Source of the DNA: Minisyncoccota bacterium
Lineage (GTDB): Bacteria; Patescibacteriota; Minisyncoccia; Phycocordibacterales; UBA9973
Direction of reading: 5' to 3'
Length of the DNA: 64,000 bases
Assembly: GCA_028718635.1 (NCBI GenBank)
Contig: JAQULK010000001.1
Location: 152,626 to 216,625 of the forward strand
Position numbers and translations under genes: made by a program. The notes beneath the pieces are model-generated. The model did no database searches, was not told the origin of the DNA, and saw only the letters and a program-made list of their open reading frames with translations. This document shows, in pieces, positions 19,948-29,225 of this stretch; the stretch's first letter is position 1, and each line of letters begins with the position of its first letter.

Positions 19948-20514
19948 TTATTTGCCTCCTAAAATTTTTAAAGCTTCACGGATTTTAGTATTAGTATTCG
20001 CATCAGGAGACACTTTTTTCAATGCTTCGCGCGCTTCATTTTGAGAATATCCTAGGGATTTAAGTGCTTCTAAAACATCCAGCTCTTCCTGTAGAGAACT
20101 TCCTTCCAGTTCAGTTCCTATTTTGTCGCGCAATTCAATCACGATTCTTTCCGCAGTCTTTTTGCCGATGCCGGATATTTTTGTGAGGTAGGAAGTGTCA
20201 TTCATGCCTATGGCTTTCCGCAATGTTTCGATCGAAGCAATTCCTAAAATAGCTAAAGCCGACTTTGGCCCTATGCCCGATACTCCAATGAGCATTTCGA
20301 AAAATTCTAATTCTGAACGTTCTAAAAATCCATACAAATCCAAAGCATCTTCTCGCACGTGCGTATGTGTCCAGAGTGTCATCTCGTCGCCTACTTTTTT
20401 TGTTTTAGACAATACATCTGGGGAGACATTTATTTTATATCCAACCCCGCCCGTTTCCACGATTAAAAATTTATCCGCTTTAAATATAATTTTTCCTTTA
20501 ATGCTTCCGATCAT
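19948..20514 (-). CDS. ruvA: Holliday junction branch migration protein RuvA
   Basis: GVGY, VRED..LYGF, VSGIGPK, GIGKKTAERI, AL.SLGY. Confidence 0.97.
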   Translation of the reverse strand: MIGSIKGKIIFKADKFLIVETGGVGYKINVSPDVLSKTKKVGDEMTLWTHTHVREDALDLYGFLERSELEFFEMLIGVSGIGPKSALAILGIASIETLRKAIGMNDTSYLTKISGIGKKTAERIVIELRDKIGTELEGSSLQEELDVLEALKSLGYSQNEAREALKKVSPDANTNTKIREALKILGGK

Positions 20515-20587
20515 AGATTAATCATATCATATTTGCTCTGACGCAGCAGGGATTGCATCTATGCCTTTTTTTTGCTATATTAGCTTT

Positions 20588-20851
20588 ATGCCAATAACAC
20601 AATCAGCTAAAAAAGCAATTCGCGGTTCTCTTCGAAAGAAGGCTTTCAATGACCAACGCAAGAAGGCAATGAAAGAAATAATCAAGAAAATCGAGAAAGT
20701 TGTAAAAACAAACAAGGAAACAGGCAAGGCTGAAGCTAAAAAAATGCTCTCACTTGCTTTTCAAGCGATCGACAAATCCGCGCAAAAAGGGGTGATCAAA
20801 AAGAACAACGCAGCTCGCAAGAAATCTCGGTTATCAAAGTTGGTTAAATAG
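20588..20851 (+). CDS. rpsT: 30S ribosomal protein S20
   Basis: MPITQSAKKA..., IDKSAQKGVIKKNNAARKKSRL. Confidence 0.95.
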   Translation: MPITQSAKKAIRGSLRKKAFNDQRKKAMKEIIKKIEKVVKTNKETGKAEAKKMLSLAFQAIDKSAQKGVIKKNNAARKKSRLSKLVK

Positions 20852-20855
20852 TTCA

Positions 20856-20996
20856 TCAAAAATTTATATTTTAAAAAGCAATCTATCTGGCAAAGCTTTG
20901 CCAGCGAACTGCTCGTCGATCAAGAAAATAATAGAAAGAGTACTTTCTTTATTTTCTAATCTCCTGCGCAAGGCTTTTAAAAATACAAATTTTTGA
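20856..20996 (+). mobile_element. Armed element, core type B, downstream of rpsT
   Basis: IR tcaaaaatttatattttaaaaagc / gcttttaaaaatacaaatttttga (22/24); core shared with 18927-19046, plus an extra internal hairpin. Confidence 0.85.
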
Positions 20997-21008
20997 CCAC
21001 CATATATT

Positions 21009-21290
21009 ATGTCATCACATCTGTTAGAATTTTATGGAACTGAATGCCCGCATTGTGTAAATATGCACGAGCTGGTGGAGCGTTTGGAAAAGGAAGAGGG
21101 GATAAAAATCGAAAGCTTGGAAGTTTGGCATAATAAAGAAAACGAAAAGAAATTACTCGAAATTGATAATGGAGAATTATGCGGCGGGGTTCCTTTTTTC
21201 TACAATACCCAAACAAAAAAATTTATTTGCGGGGATGCAGGCTATGATATACTAAAAAAGTGGGCAAAAGGGGAAGAATTCACTCAGTAA
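21009..21290 (+). CDS. Thioredoxin/glutaredoxin-like protein
   Basis: FYGTECPHC, CGGVPFF. Confidence 0.8.
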   Translation: MSSHLLEFYGTECPHCVNMHELVERLEKEEGIKIESLEVWHNKENEKKLLEIDNGELCGGVPFFYNTQTKKFICGDAGYDILKKWAKGEEFTQ

Positions 21291-21297
21291 AAAAATT

Positions 21298-22095
21298 ATG
21301 TCTATTATAGAAGTAAAAAACTTAACAAAGAAATTTGGAGATTTTACAGCCGTAAATGATATTTCTTTTACGGTTGAAAAGGGCGAAATTTTTGCATTTT
21401 TAGGACCTAATGGAGCAGGCAAAACCACCACGATAAAAATGTTGACGACACTTCTAGAGCCGACAGAAGGAGAGGCAAAAGTTAATGATTTTAATTTAAG
21501 GCGAGAGCGGGATAAAGTCAGGCGTTCTTTTGGAATTGTCTTTCAAGATCCTTCGCTAGATGATGATTTGACTGCTTATGAAAATATGGAATTTCATGCG
21601 GTGCTTTATTCTGTCGATAAAGCCACTCGTATAAAAAGAATTGAAGAACTTTTAAAATTAGTGGATCTATGGGACAGAAGAAAAGAGCTCGTAAAGAATT
21701 TTTCTGGAGGAATGAAGCGCAGACTTGAAATAGCTCGTTCTTTAATCCACACACCCAAGGTCATTTTCTTAGATGAGCCCACTGTGGGTCTCGATCCGCA
21801 AACTCGCAATCATATTTGGTCTTATGTTGTCGATCTTTCTAAAAAAGAAGGGGTAACGGTTTTCCTTACCACTCATTATATGGAGGAGGCGGAGAAGATG
21901 GCAGATAAAGTAGTCATTATCGATCAAGGGAAAATAATAGGTTCTGGGACTCCGCAAGAGCTAAAAAATTCAACTGCCACAAATTCACTAGAAGAAGCCT
22001 TTTTGAAATTAACAGGCGAGGCTATTAGAAGCGATGAGGCAAGCGATGTAGACAAGCTTCGTTCTCATGCGAGAGCCTGGGGTAGAAGAAGATAA
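21298..22095 (+). CDS. DrrA-like ABC-2 transporter ATPase
   Basis: [36 protein letters not shown]. Confidence 0.93.
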   Translation: MSIIEVKNLTKKFGDFTAVNDISFTVEKGEIFAFLGPNGAGKTTTIKMLTTLLEPTEGEAKVNDFNLRRERDKVRRSFGIVFQDPSLDDDLTAYENMEFHAVLYSVDKATRIKRIEELLKLVDLWDRRKELVKNFSGGMKRRLEIARSLIHTPKVIFLDEPTVGLDPQTRNHIWSYVVDLSKKEGVTVFLTTHYMEEAEKMADKVVIIDQGKIIGSGTPQELKNSTATNSLEEAFLKLTGEAIRSDEASDVDKLRSHARAWGRRR

Positions 22096-22099
22096 CAAT

Positions 22100-22846
22100 A
22101 TGAACACAATATATATTCTTTGGTTAAGACAATTAAAAAAATACAGCAGATCTATTCCGAGAATCATCGGAAGCTTGGGCCAGCCGATTCTTTTTCTTTT
22201 GGTTTTTGGCTTCGGTTTCGGTTCGATCTTTTCCAAGGCGGGCGGTGGAAATTATATCCAATTCCTCGTGCCCGGCATTGTGGCGATGGCCGTTGTTTTT
22301 ACCGCCATTTTCGGAGGCATTGAACTTATTTGGGATAGACAATTTGGTTTTCTAAAGGAAACGATGGTGGCGCCTGTTTCTCGTTTTAATATTATGCTGG
22401 GCAGAACTTTTGGCGGAGCGACGGTGTCAGTCATCCAAGGGATCGCTGTTCTGATTATTTCTTTTTTTGTCGGTTTTAAATTGTCCAACCCTTTGATGAT
22501 TTTCCCTGCACTTCTTTTTATGTTTTTAACGGCATTTTTCTTTACCGCTTTAGGCACGGCGATAGCCTCCCAGCTTACCGACATGCAAGCTTTTCCAATT
22601 ATTATGAATTTTTTGGTGATGCCTTTATTTTTCCTTTCTGGTTCGATTTTTCCACTTACCACCGCGCCTAAAGCCCTGCAAATAATAGGGAAGCTCGATC
22701 CTCTTTCTTATGGGATAGACGGCTTGCGTTATGTTTTTGAAGGCATCTCGATTTATAATCCATGGATTGATTTATTTGTACTCATTGGTTTTTCTGTGGT
22801 TGTTGTTTTGATCGGCAGATATTTGTTTGAGAAAATGGAAGCTTGA
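22100..22846 (+). CDS. ABC-2 transporter permease (DrrB-like)
   Basis: Six TM segments; DRQFGFLKE, FFLSG..FP. Confidence 0.9.
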   Translation: MNTIYILWLRQLKKYSRSIPRIIGSLGQPILFLLVFGFGFGSIFSKAGGGNYIQFLVPGIVAMAVVFTAIFGGIELIWDRQFGFLKETMVAPVSRFNIMLGRTFGGATVSVIQGIAVLIISFFVGFKLSNPLMIFPALLFMFLTAFFFTALGTAIASQLTDMQAFPIIMNFLVMPLFFLSGSIFPLTTAPKALQIIGKLDPLSYGIDGLRYVFEGISIYNPWIDLFVLIGFSVVVVLIGRYLFEKMEA

Positions 22847-22852
22847 TACGCT

Positions 22853-22930
22853 TCAAAAAGAAATAAAAAAAACTCTGCTTACTCCAGCCAAGCTGGAACC
22901 TTCCGCAGAGTTTTTTTATTTCTTTTTTGA
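22853..22930. terminator. Long IR between convergent genes (bidirectional terminator or armed element)
   Basis: About 26-bp arms tcaaaaagaaataaaaaaaactctgc / gcagagtttttttatttcttttttga around hairpin tccagc-caa-gctgga. Confidence 0.65.
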
Positions 22931-22932
22931 AA

Positions 22933-23133
22933 CTACGCGCGTTGTACGTTTGTAGCATTCAATCCTTTTGGTGATTCTTCTGTTTCAAAAGAAAGAGTGT
23001 CTCCTTCTTTCAATTCATCGAAGGTTACGCCTACAAGAGAATTGCTGTGGAAGAATAAATCCTTCTGTAGTCCTTCTGCTGTTATAAAGCCGAAACCTTT
23101 TTCACTTACTAGTTTTTTTATTGTACCAGTCAT
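22933..23133 (-). CDS. Cold-shock protein
   Basis: KGFGFI (RNP1), LFFH (RNP2), KGLNATNV. Confidence 0.95.
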   Translation of the reverse strand: MTGTIKKLVSEKGFGFITAEGLQKDLFFHSNSLVGVTFDELKEGDTLSFETEESPKGLNATNVQRA

Positions 23134-23237
23134 TGATTTTTTGGTTAAAATTATTAAATACAAAGATATACTTTAGAAATCGACTCTTTAAACTCTCTTC
23201 GCACCTACTTTGTTTCTTTAGTATGTCACAAAACAGC

Positions 23238-23951
23238 CTAATTTGTCAAGCTTAATGAGTTTAGGAAAATAGCCAATTCTTCTCCCTTTATTTCTCTTAA
23301 AGTATTTGGTTTTAAGTTGTTCAATTTGATATTCATAATTCTTTCACGTTTTAAGTCGGCTACTTCTTGAAAAAGATTCGAGCACATCCGGCGGATTTGG
23401 TGTTTTTTCCCTTCAGTCAAAATTACTTTAAAAGTATTTTCACTCATTGTTTTTACTTTGCATGGTTTGGTGACATAGCCTTCAATATTTACTCCTGCTT
23501 CCATTTTTTGTTTGAAGTTGGAGCGGAGTTTTTCTTTGGTGCGGACGATGTATTCTTTTTCGTGAAAATATTTTGGGTTTAGGAGCTGGTCAGTGATGCG
23601 CCCGTCATTTGTTAGGATCATTAGTCCGTGGCTAGCCTTATCTAGTCTTCCTAAAGGAAACAAGCCTTCTTTGGGAGAACTGGTTTCTGTGCCTTTTGGC
23701 TTATAGTATGCATAATATTTATATGCCGTTGGTTTTGCGCCCTTCACTTCCACTATGTCATTTTCATTTACCTGACTGCCTAGGACCGCTAATTTTTTAT
23801 TGATATATACTTTTTTTTCTTTTATTAAAAGATCCGCTCCTCGTCTGGTAGAGATTTTTTTTAAAGCTAGGTATTTATTTATCCGTACACCAACTTTGGT
23901 ATTGCTTTTTTTGTTCTGCTCTGAATTTATTGACTGATTATTATTTTTCAT
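23238..23951 (-). CDS. RsuA/RluF-family pseudouridine synthase; current N-terminus comes from an inserted element
   Basis: S4-like RINKYLA..TRRGAD, GRLDKASHGL, LTEGKKHQIRRM. Confidence 0.9.
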   Translation of the reverse strand: MKNNNQSINSEQNKKSNTKVGVRINKYLALKKISTRRGADLLIKEKKVYINKKLAVLGSQVNENDIVEVKGAKPTAYKYYAYYKPKGTETSSPKEGLFPLGRLDKASHGLMILTNDGRITDQLLNPKYFHEKEYIVRTKEKLRSNFKQKMEAGVNIEGYVTKPCKVKTMSENTFKVILTEGKKHQIRRMCSNLFQEVADLKRERIMNIKLNNLKPNTLREIKGEELAIFLNSLSLTN

Positions 23952-24015
23952 AAAATGATATATTTAGTAATTAAAAATATTGAAAAAGCAGAACAATACC
24001 AAAGTTGGTGTTGGG
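23886..24015 (-). mobile_element. 130-bp CACCAA/TTGGTG element inserted just after the original ATG of the pseudouridine synthase
   Basis: 18-bp IR acaccaactttggtattg/caataccaaagttggtgt; 9-bp direct repeat atttatccg at 23877-23885 and 24016-24024. Confidence 0.85.
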
Positions 24016-24088
24016 ATTTATCCGCATGGCTGTCAGTATAGCATATTATGCATTTGCAGATAATGAGTTATTGAGATAAAGTGGTTGT

Positions 24089-24835
24089 ATGCGCATAGTA
24101 ATAAAGGTAGGCACTCAAGTAATTTCTGATAAAAAAGGATTAAATAAGAGGAGAATTAGGCAAATCATTAAAGAAATTGATGAGCTTTTTAAACTTGGGC
24201 ATGAAGTTGTGTTGGTGACTTCTGGCGCCATAGGCACAGGATTGCCCTTGGTTAATTTTTCAAGCTTGCTTCGGAAGAAAATTGCCGCAGCTGTTGGTCA
24301 ACCTATGTTGATGCACAACTATATTAATGAGGCAAAAAAATATAAAATTGTTGTTGGTCAAATTCTAATATTGAGTGATGACTTTACGAACCATGAACGT
24401 TTTAAGAATTTTGTTTTAAATATAAAGGCGATGCTTGCTCATAAAATTCTTCCAATCATAAATGAGAATGATGTGATGAAAAGAGAAGATTTAAGAATTA
24501 ATGACAATGATATGCTAAGCGCGATGGTGGCGGTAGGGTTAAAGGCAGACAAACTTTTGATTTTAACTAATCAAGACGGACTTTTTACAGATAATCCTGA
24601 CCACAATAAAAACGCAGAATTAATAAAAAATGTATGTAAAATTGATGCTAAAATAAAAGCATTATGTTCAGTTGGAAAGTCTGACCTTGGATTTGGTGGA
24701 ATGTGCGCAAAGATTTCATCTGTCGATTATGCAACCAAAAGAGGGATAGAAACATTTATAGGTAACGGGGAAAAATCTGGGACGATAGTAAAAGCTTTTA
24801 GTAAAAATTTTCCAGGTACAAGATTTTTAGCTTAA
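24089..24835 (+). CDS. proB: Glutamate 5-kinase (no PUA domain)
   Basis: RIVIKVGT, VTSGAIG, AAAVGQ, PIINENDV, DNDMLSA, GGMCAK. Confidence 0.93.
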   Translation: MRIVIKVGTQVISDKKGLNKRRIRQIIKEIDELFKLGHEVVLVTSGAIGTGLPLVNFSSLLRKKIAAAVGQPMLMHNYINEAKKYKIVVGQILILSDDFTNHERFKNFVLNIKAMLAHKILPIINENDVMKREDLRINDNDMLSAMVAVGLKADKLLILTNQDGLFTDNPDHNKNAELIKNVCKIDAKIKALCSVGKSDLGFGGMCAKISSVDYATKRGIETFIGNGEKSGTIVKAFSKNFPGTRFLA

Positions 24836-24843
24836 AAACAATA

Positions 24844-25602
24844 ATGAAAACTCAAGTTACAATTATTGGTTTCGGCACGATGGGTAAAGCTATTGCAAAA
24901 GCAATTCTCAAAAAAGATAAAAAAATCTCCGTTTTCGGTATAGATAAAGATAAACCTGATAAAAATAATTTTATTCGGAAAGTAGAAAAATCTGATTTTG
25001 TAATATTAGCTACAAAACCGCAAGATGCAAAAGAGGCAATCCTTGAAATTAAGAATTATTTAAATAAAAAAATAATACTGATATCTATCATGGCTGGCAC
25101 TTCGATAAAAAAGATTGAAAATCTTTCCGGGCATAAAAAAATAATAAGAATGATGCCAAACTTAGGACTTTCTGTGGGTTGTGGTATAGCTGTTTGGAAG
25201 GGTGTGGGAATATCTACATTAGAAAAAAAGAAAGTTAAAAATTTTATAAATAAAATCACAGAAAATTTTGAAGTCAAAAATGAAGATACTATAAATAAAG
25301 TAACAGCGATATCTGGCAGCGGACCAGCCTATTTTTTTCTTTTAGCAGATTGTTTGATTAAAGCTTGCGCTAGTCTTGGATTTAATAAAAATGAAAGCAG
25401 ACAGCTTGTAGAGAAAACATTTTCAGCTGCCGCTATTTTAAGCAGAGAAGAAGATTATTCTTCCCTTATAAAAAAAGTTGCTTCCAAAGGTGGCACCACA
25501 GAAGCGGCACTCGATGTTTTTCAAAAAGAAAATTTCAACGGAATTGTATTAAAAGCTATTCGTTCTGCATATAAAAGAGCGCAAGAATTAAATCAAGGCT
25601 GA
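24844..25602 (+). CDS. proC: Pyrroline-5-carboxylate reductase
   Basis: IGFGTMG, KPQ, RMMPN, SGSGPAY, VASKGGTT. Confidence 0.93.
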   Translation: MKTQVTIIGFGTMGKAIAKAILKKDKKISVFGIDKDKPDKNNFIRKVEKSDFVILATKPQDAKEAILEIKNYLNKKIILISIMAGTSIKKIENLSGHKKIIRMMPNLGLSVGCGIAVWKGVGISTLEKKKVKNFINKITENFEVKNEDTINKVTAISGSGPAYFFLLADCLIKACASLGFNKNESRQLVEKTFSAAAILSREEDYSSLIKKVASKGGTTEAALDVFQKENFNGIVLKAIRSAYKRAQELNQG

Positions 25603-25603
25603 A

Positions 25604-26869
25604 ATGGATAAAAAAATATTAAAACAATTAAATAAAGCGAAAGAAGCCTCTAGAGAATTTGCCCTTTTGCCTCATTCAAAAAGAATTTTAATTTTAAAAA
25701 ATATTGTAAAAGAATTGCGTAAAAATAAAAAAACAATTATTACAGCAAATGCTAAAGATCTAAAAAAATTTCCATTAAATGATCCCATGCGTGATCGCAT
25801 GCTTTTAAATGAAACACGGATTGAGGGCATGGCAAAAGAAATAGAAAGTTTGATAAAAATGCCGGATCCTATAGGTGAAATTTTTGATTGCCGAAATAGT
25901 AAAGGGAATAAAGAACTTAAAATTTGCAAAAAAAGAGTGCCTTTCGGGGTGATCGGTGTTATTTATGAATCACGACCAAATGTAACCACAGATGTGGCTG
26001 CGATATGTATTAAGTCGGGCAATGCGGTTATTCTTAAGGGAGGGAAGGAGGCAAGAGAAAGTTATATTATTCTCCACAAAATTATTAAAAAGGCGTTGGT
26101 TTCATCCGGAGCTAGTTTCGAAGCGGTTCAGTTTATAGATCCAAAAACAAAAGATGCTGTTTTGAATATAATTTCGGCAAACGGTTTAGTGGATGTAATT
26201 ATCCCAAGAGGAAGCTCCAATTTAATAAATTTTGTACGAGAGAATGCTACTGTGCCAGTAATCGAAACGGGGGCCGGGGTTTGTCATACTTTCGTGGACG
26301 TTTCTACCAAGCTTGATTCTTCTGCTCGGATTATTTTTAATGCTAAAACACAGCGACCAAGTGTTTGCAACGCCTTAGATACCTTGTTAGTGCACCAAAA
26401 AATAGCGGAAAAATTTCTTCCAATGATCGCTCAATTGTTAATTCAAAAAGAAGTAGAAATTTTTGCCGATTCTCCAAGCTTTAAAATATTACAAAAATAT
26501 TATAGAACTGATCTTTTAAAAAAGGCCACAGAAAAAGATTTTGGACGAGAATTCCTAAGCCAGAAAATGTCTGTGAAAATTGTTTCAGATATTAATGAAG
26601 CGATAAAGCATATCAATAAATATTCCTCCAAACATTCTGAGGCTATTCTCTCAGAAAATAAACAAAACTCCCAGAAGTTCTTGGATAAAGTTGATGCGGC
26701 GGTGGTTTATGTGAATGCCTCGACTCGATTTTCTGATGGCGCAGTATTCGGACTCGGTTCAGAGATCGGTATTTCCACTTCTAAGCTTCACGCTCGTGGT
26801 CCTATGGGTGCGAAAGAAATGACTACTTATAAATGGATAGCGACTGGTAACTATTCTGTCAGAAAATAA
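25604..26869 (+). CDS. proA: Gamma-glutamyl phosphate reductase
   Basis: IYESRPNVT, IPRG, GVCH, CNALDTLL, NASTRF, HARGPMG. Confidence 0.96.
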   Translation: MDKKILKQLNKAKEASREFALLPHSKRILILKNIVKELRKNKKTIITANAKDLKKFPLNDPMRDRMLLNETRIEGMAKEIESLIKMPDPIGEIFDCRNSKGNKELKICKKRVPFGVIGVIYESRPNVTTDVAAICIKSGNAVILKGGKEARESYIILHKIIKKALVSSGASFEAVQFIDPKTKDAVLNIISANGLVDVIIPRGSSNLINFVRENATVPVIETGAGVCHTFVDVSTKLDSSARIIFNAKTQRPSVCNALDTLLVHQKIAEKFLPMIAQLLIQKEVEIFADSPSFKILQKYYRTDLLKKATEKDFGREFLSQKMSVKIVSDINEAIKHINKYSSKHSEAILSENKQNSQKFLDKVDAAVVYVNASTRFSDGAVFGLGSEIGISTSKLHARGPMGAKEMTTYKWIATGNYSVRK

Positions 26870-26945
26870 TTCTTTGTCTATAATAAGTTTTTGTGTGGAT
26901 AACTTTATTTGTTAAATATGCACAAGGAGAGATATACTAGAGTAT

Positions 26946-29201
26946 ATGAAAAAATATATGTCGGTTTTGTTTGTTTTTGCTTTATTCTTAACTTTATTAT
27001 TAAGTTTTAACGCTAAACCTGTGAGTGCAGCTAATTGTGCGTCTGGCGATTTATTTAATTCGGTAACTGGCCAAGCTTGTATTAGCACAAGTTTAGTTGT
27101 TTCTTGTCCAACTGGTGATATATTTAGTACAACAACAGGCAAGCGTTGTAATACATGGACAGAAAATACAGGAAATAATTCTATCCTAGATACTTTATTT
27201 AAACGACAACTTGCAATGGGCTCAAAAGGAGAAGATGTTAAAGTCGTCCAACAGATTTTAAAAGATGCTAATTTTCTTTCTGGAAAAGTTGATGGTATTT
27301 ATGGTCCCATAACTAAAAGCGCAGTGATGAAATATCAAGCAGAAAATAGTATTACTACAACAGGAGTAGTGGGTTCTGATACTTTAGAAAAAATAAAACT
27401 TACACCATGGCAAAAGATGTGTCCTTTGATTAATAGTACTTATGGAGTTTCTTATTCTTGTTCTTCAGTTGCGCCTGCTTGTGTATCTGAGGGTGGAAGT
27501 TTGGGCGCGGTAGTACCGGGAAATATTCCGCCTCCATCTTGCTGTCCAGGATTAATGGCTTATGCTCCTCGTGATATTGCAGGAACTTTTGGTACTTGTG
27601 TGAAATCTACCAACCAAACTCTAATAATTTCTGGAATAAGCGGACCAACTGTTTTAGATGTTGGGCAAACTGGCACTTGGACTGTAATGGCGAATGATTC
27701 AGAGCAAGGAGTTTTGTCTTATAATGTGAGTTGGGGAGACATAGCAAGTAGTGCTAGTGCTATGAGCGCGAACTTTGTTTCAACAGCCACCTTTTCTCAT
27801 ATTTATAATAATGTAGGAATTTACACGGCTAAATTTACCGTAAAGAATAGTCAAGGGCTTACTGCTGAAACAACCATTAACGTGAATGTGGTTGATTCTA
27901 CTTCCCCTGTTCTGTCTAAATATAAATGTTCAGAAACTGGTTGTGTTCAAGATGATGCTAACGGAACTTTTACATCTTCTACTTGTGATAATTCTTGTAA
28001 TGTCGGGGTAGTTCCAAAGTACAAGTGTGCTAATACCGGTTGTGTCCAAGATAATGTTAACGGAACTTTTACATCTTCTACTTGTAATAATATGTGTTCA
28101 CCATCTTGTGTTAAAGCAACATCATGCCCTCAGGGAATAATTTGTGGAGCTTGGACTGATGGGTGTGGGGGGTATATAGGTTGTGGAAACTGCAATTTTG
28201 GATATTATTGCGGCGAGCATCAAAAAGTATGTGAACGTCAATTTCCTTCTGGTCCACGCACTATAAGCACTTCAGGAGGTTCAAATTTAAAAGTTGTAAG
28301 TAATCTAGCGGGGATAAATTGTGGACAAGGAGGGACTCAATGTAGAGCAACTTTTAATGAATCTGATACTGTTATATTGACAGCAACACCTAGTACGGGC
28401 TATTCATTTATGGGATGGTCTGGGTATACGAATGCTCAATACCCATTACTTCCAGGGTTTGGAAGTGATTGTGCCACTAAAAGTGGAACATGCACAATTA
28501 CAATGTCGACATTAATGACTGATGTGAATGTTGGAGCGTCAGTAGAACTGACACCCGGAACTACTTATTATGATTTGGTTGTAAAAAATGGGTGGGGAAA
28601 GATTACCGGTAATAAAGGAACGATAGAGTGCGAAGGTGCCGGAAATAATAAAATATGCAGACAGAGATATAATGTTGGGGATTTGGTAACTCTTATAGCT
28701 CAAGTAACAGATCCAATTTATACATTTAAAAGGTGGACTGCCGGATGTAGTTGCGAGAATGGTTGTTCTCAGGAGCCGTCTGGATGTTCTACAAACGGCA
28801 CTTGTTCTTTAACTATTCCTCAATCAACACAAAGTGATCTAATAGCCGGAATCGATGCTTGTTTTGTCGCGCCGGCGAATTATAAAAAAATAACCGTTAG
28901 CGCGCAGTTTGTTGGGGGGTATGTATCTGATAGTATTGGGAAAATGCAATGCGGGGTAAAAGCAGGTTCAAGTATGTGGGCATGCGGTTATGATTATTCT
29001 CCAACAAGTGTGATAAAATTTACCGCTCATCCAGAAGCCGGTTATAAATTCAATGGGTGGTCGGGATATAGGAATAGTCAGGGTTTGGTCGGAGGGTTTG
29101 GAAGTGATTGTGCAGACTTGTCGGCAGGTACTTGCACGGTAAATATGAGCGCGATGACTATTTCTAGTGTTAATATAGGTTGGTCTTTCGCAAGACAATA
29201 A
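26946..29201 (+). CDS. Secreted Cys-rich surface protein: peptidoglycan-binding, PKD-like and repeat domains
   Basis: Signal peptide; GSKGEDVK..VDGIYGPITK; WGD..HIY; 2x KYKC..TGCVQD..NGTFTSSTC; 2x F.GWSGY. Confidence 0.75.
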   Translation: MKKYMSVLFVFALFLTLLLSFNAKPVSAANCASGDLFNSVTGQACISTSLVVSCPTGDIFSTTTGKRCNTWTENTGNNSILDTLFKRQLAMGSKGEDVKVVQQILKDANFLSGKVDGIYGPITKSAVMKYQAENSITTTGVVGSDTLEKIKLTPWQKMCPLINSTYGVSYSCSSVAPACVSEGGSLGAVVPGNIPPPSCCPGLMAYAPRDIAGTFGTCVKSTNQTLIISGISGPTVLDVGQTGTWTVMANDSEQGVLSYNVSWGDIASSASAMSANFVSTATFSHIYNNVGIYTAKFTVKNSQGLTAETTINVNVVDSTSPVLSKYKCSETGCVQDDANGTFTSSTCDNSCNVGVVPKYKCANTGCVQDNVNGTFTSSTCNNMCSPSCVKATSCPQGIICGAWTDGCGGYIGCGNCNFGYYCGEHQKVCERQFPSGPRTISTSGGSNLKVVSNLAGINCGQGGTQCRATFNESDTVILTATPSTGYSFMGWSGYTNAQYPLLPGFGSDCATKSGTCTITMSTLMTDVNVGASVELTPGTTYYDLVVKNGWGKITGNKGTIECEGAGNNKICRQRYNVGDLVTLIAQVTDPIYTFKRWTAGCSCENGCSQEPSGCSTNGTCSLTIPQSTQSDLIAGIDACFVAPANYKKITVSAQFVGGYVSDSIGKMQCGVKAGSSMWACGYDYSPTSVIKFTAHPEAGYKFNGWSGYRNSQGLVGGFGSDCADLSAGTCTVNMSAMTISSVNIGWSFARQ

Positions 29202-29225
29202 ACAGATCATTCGTTTGATTGTTTC

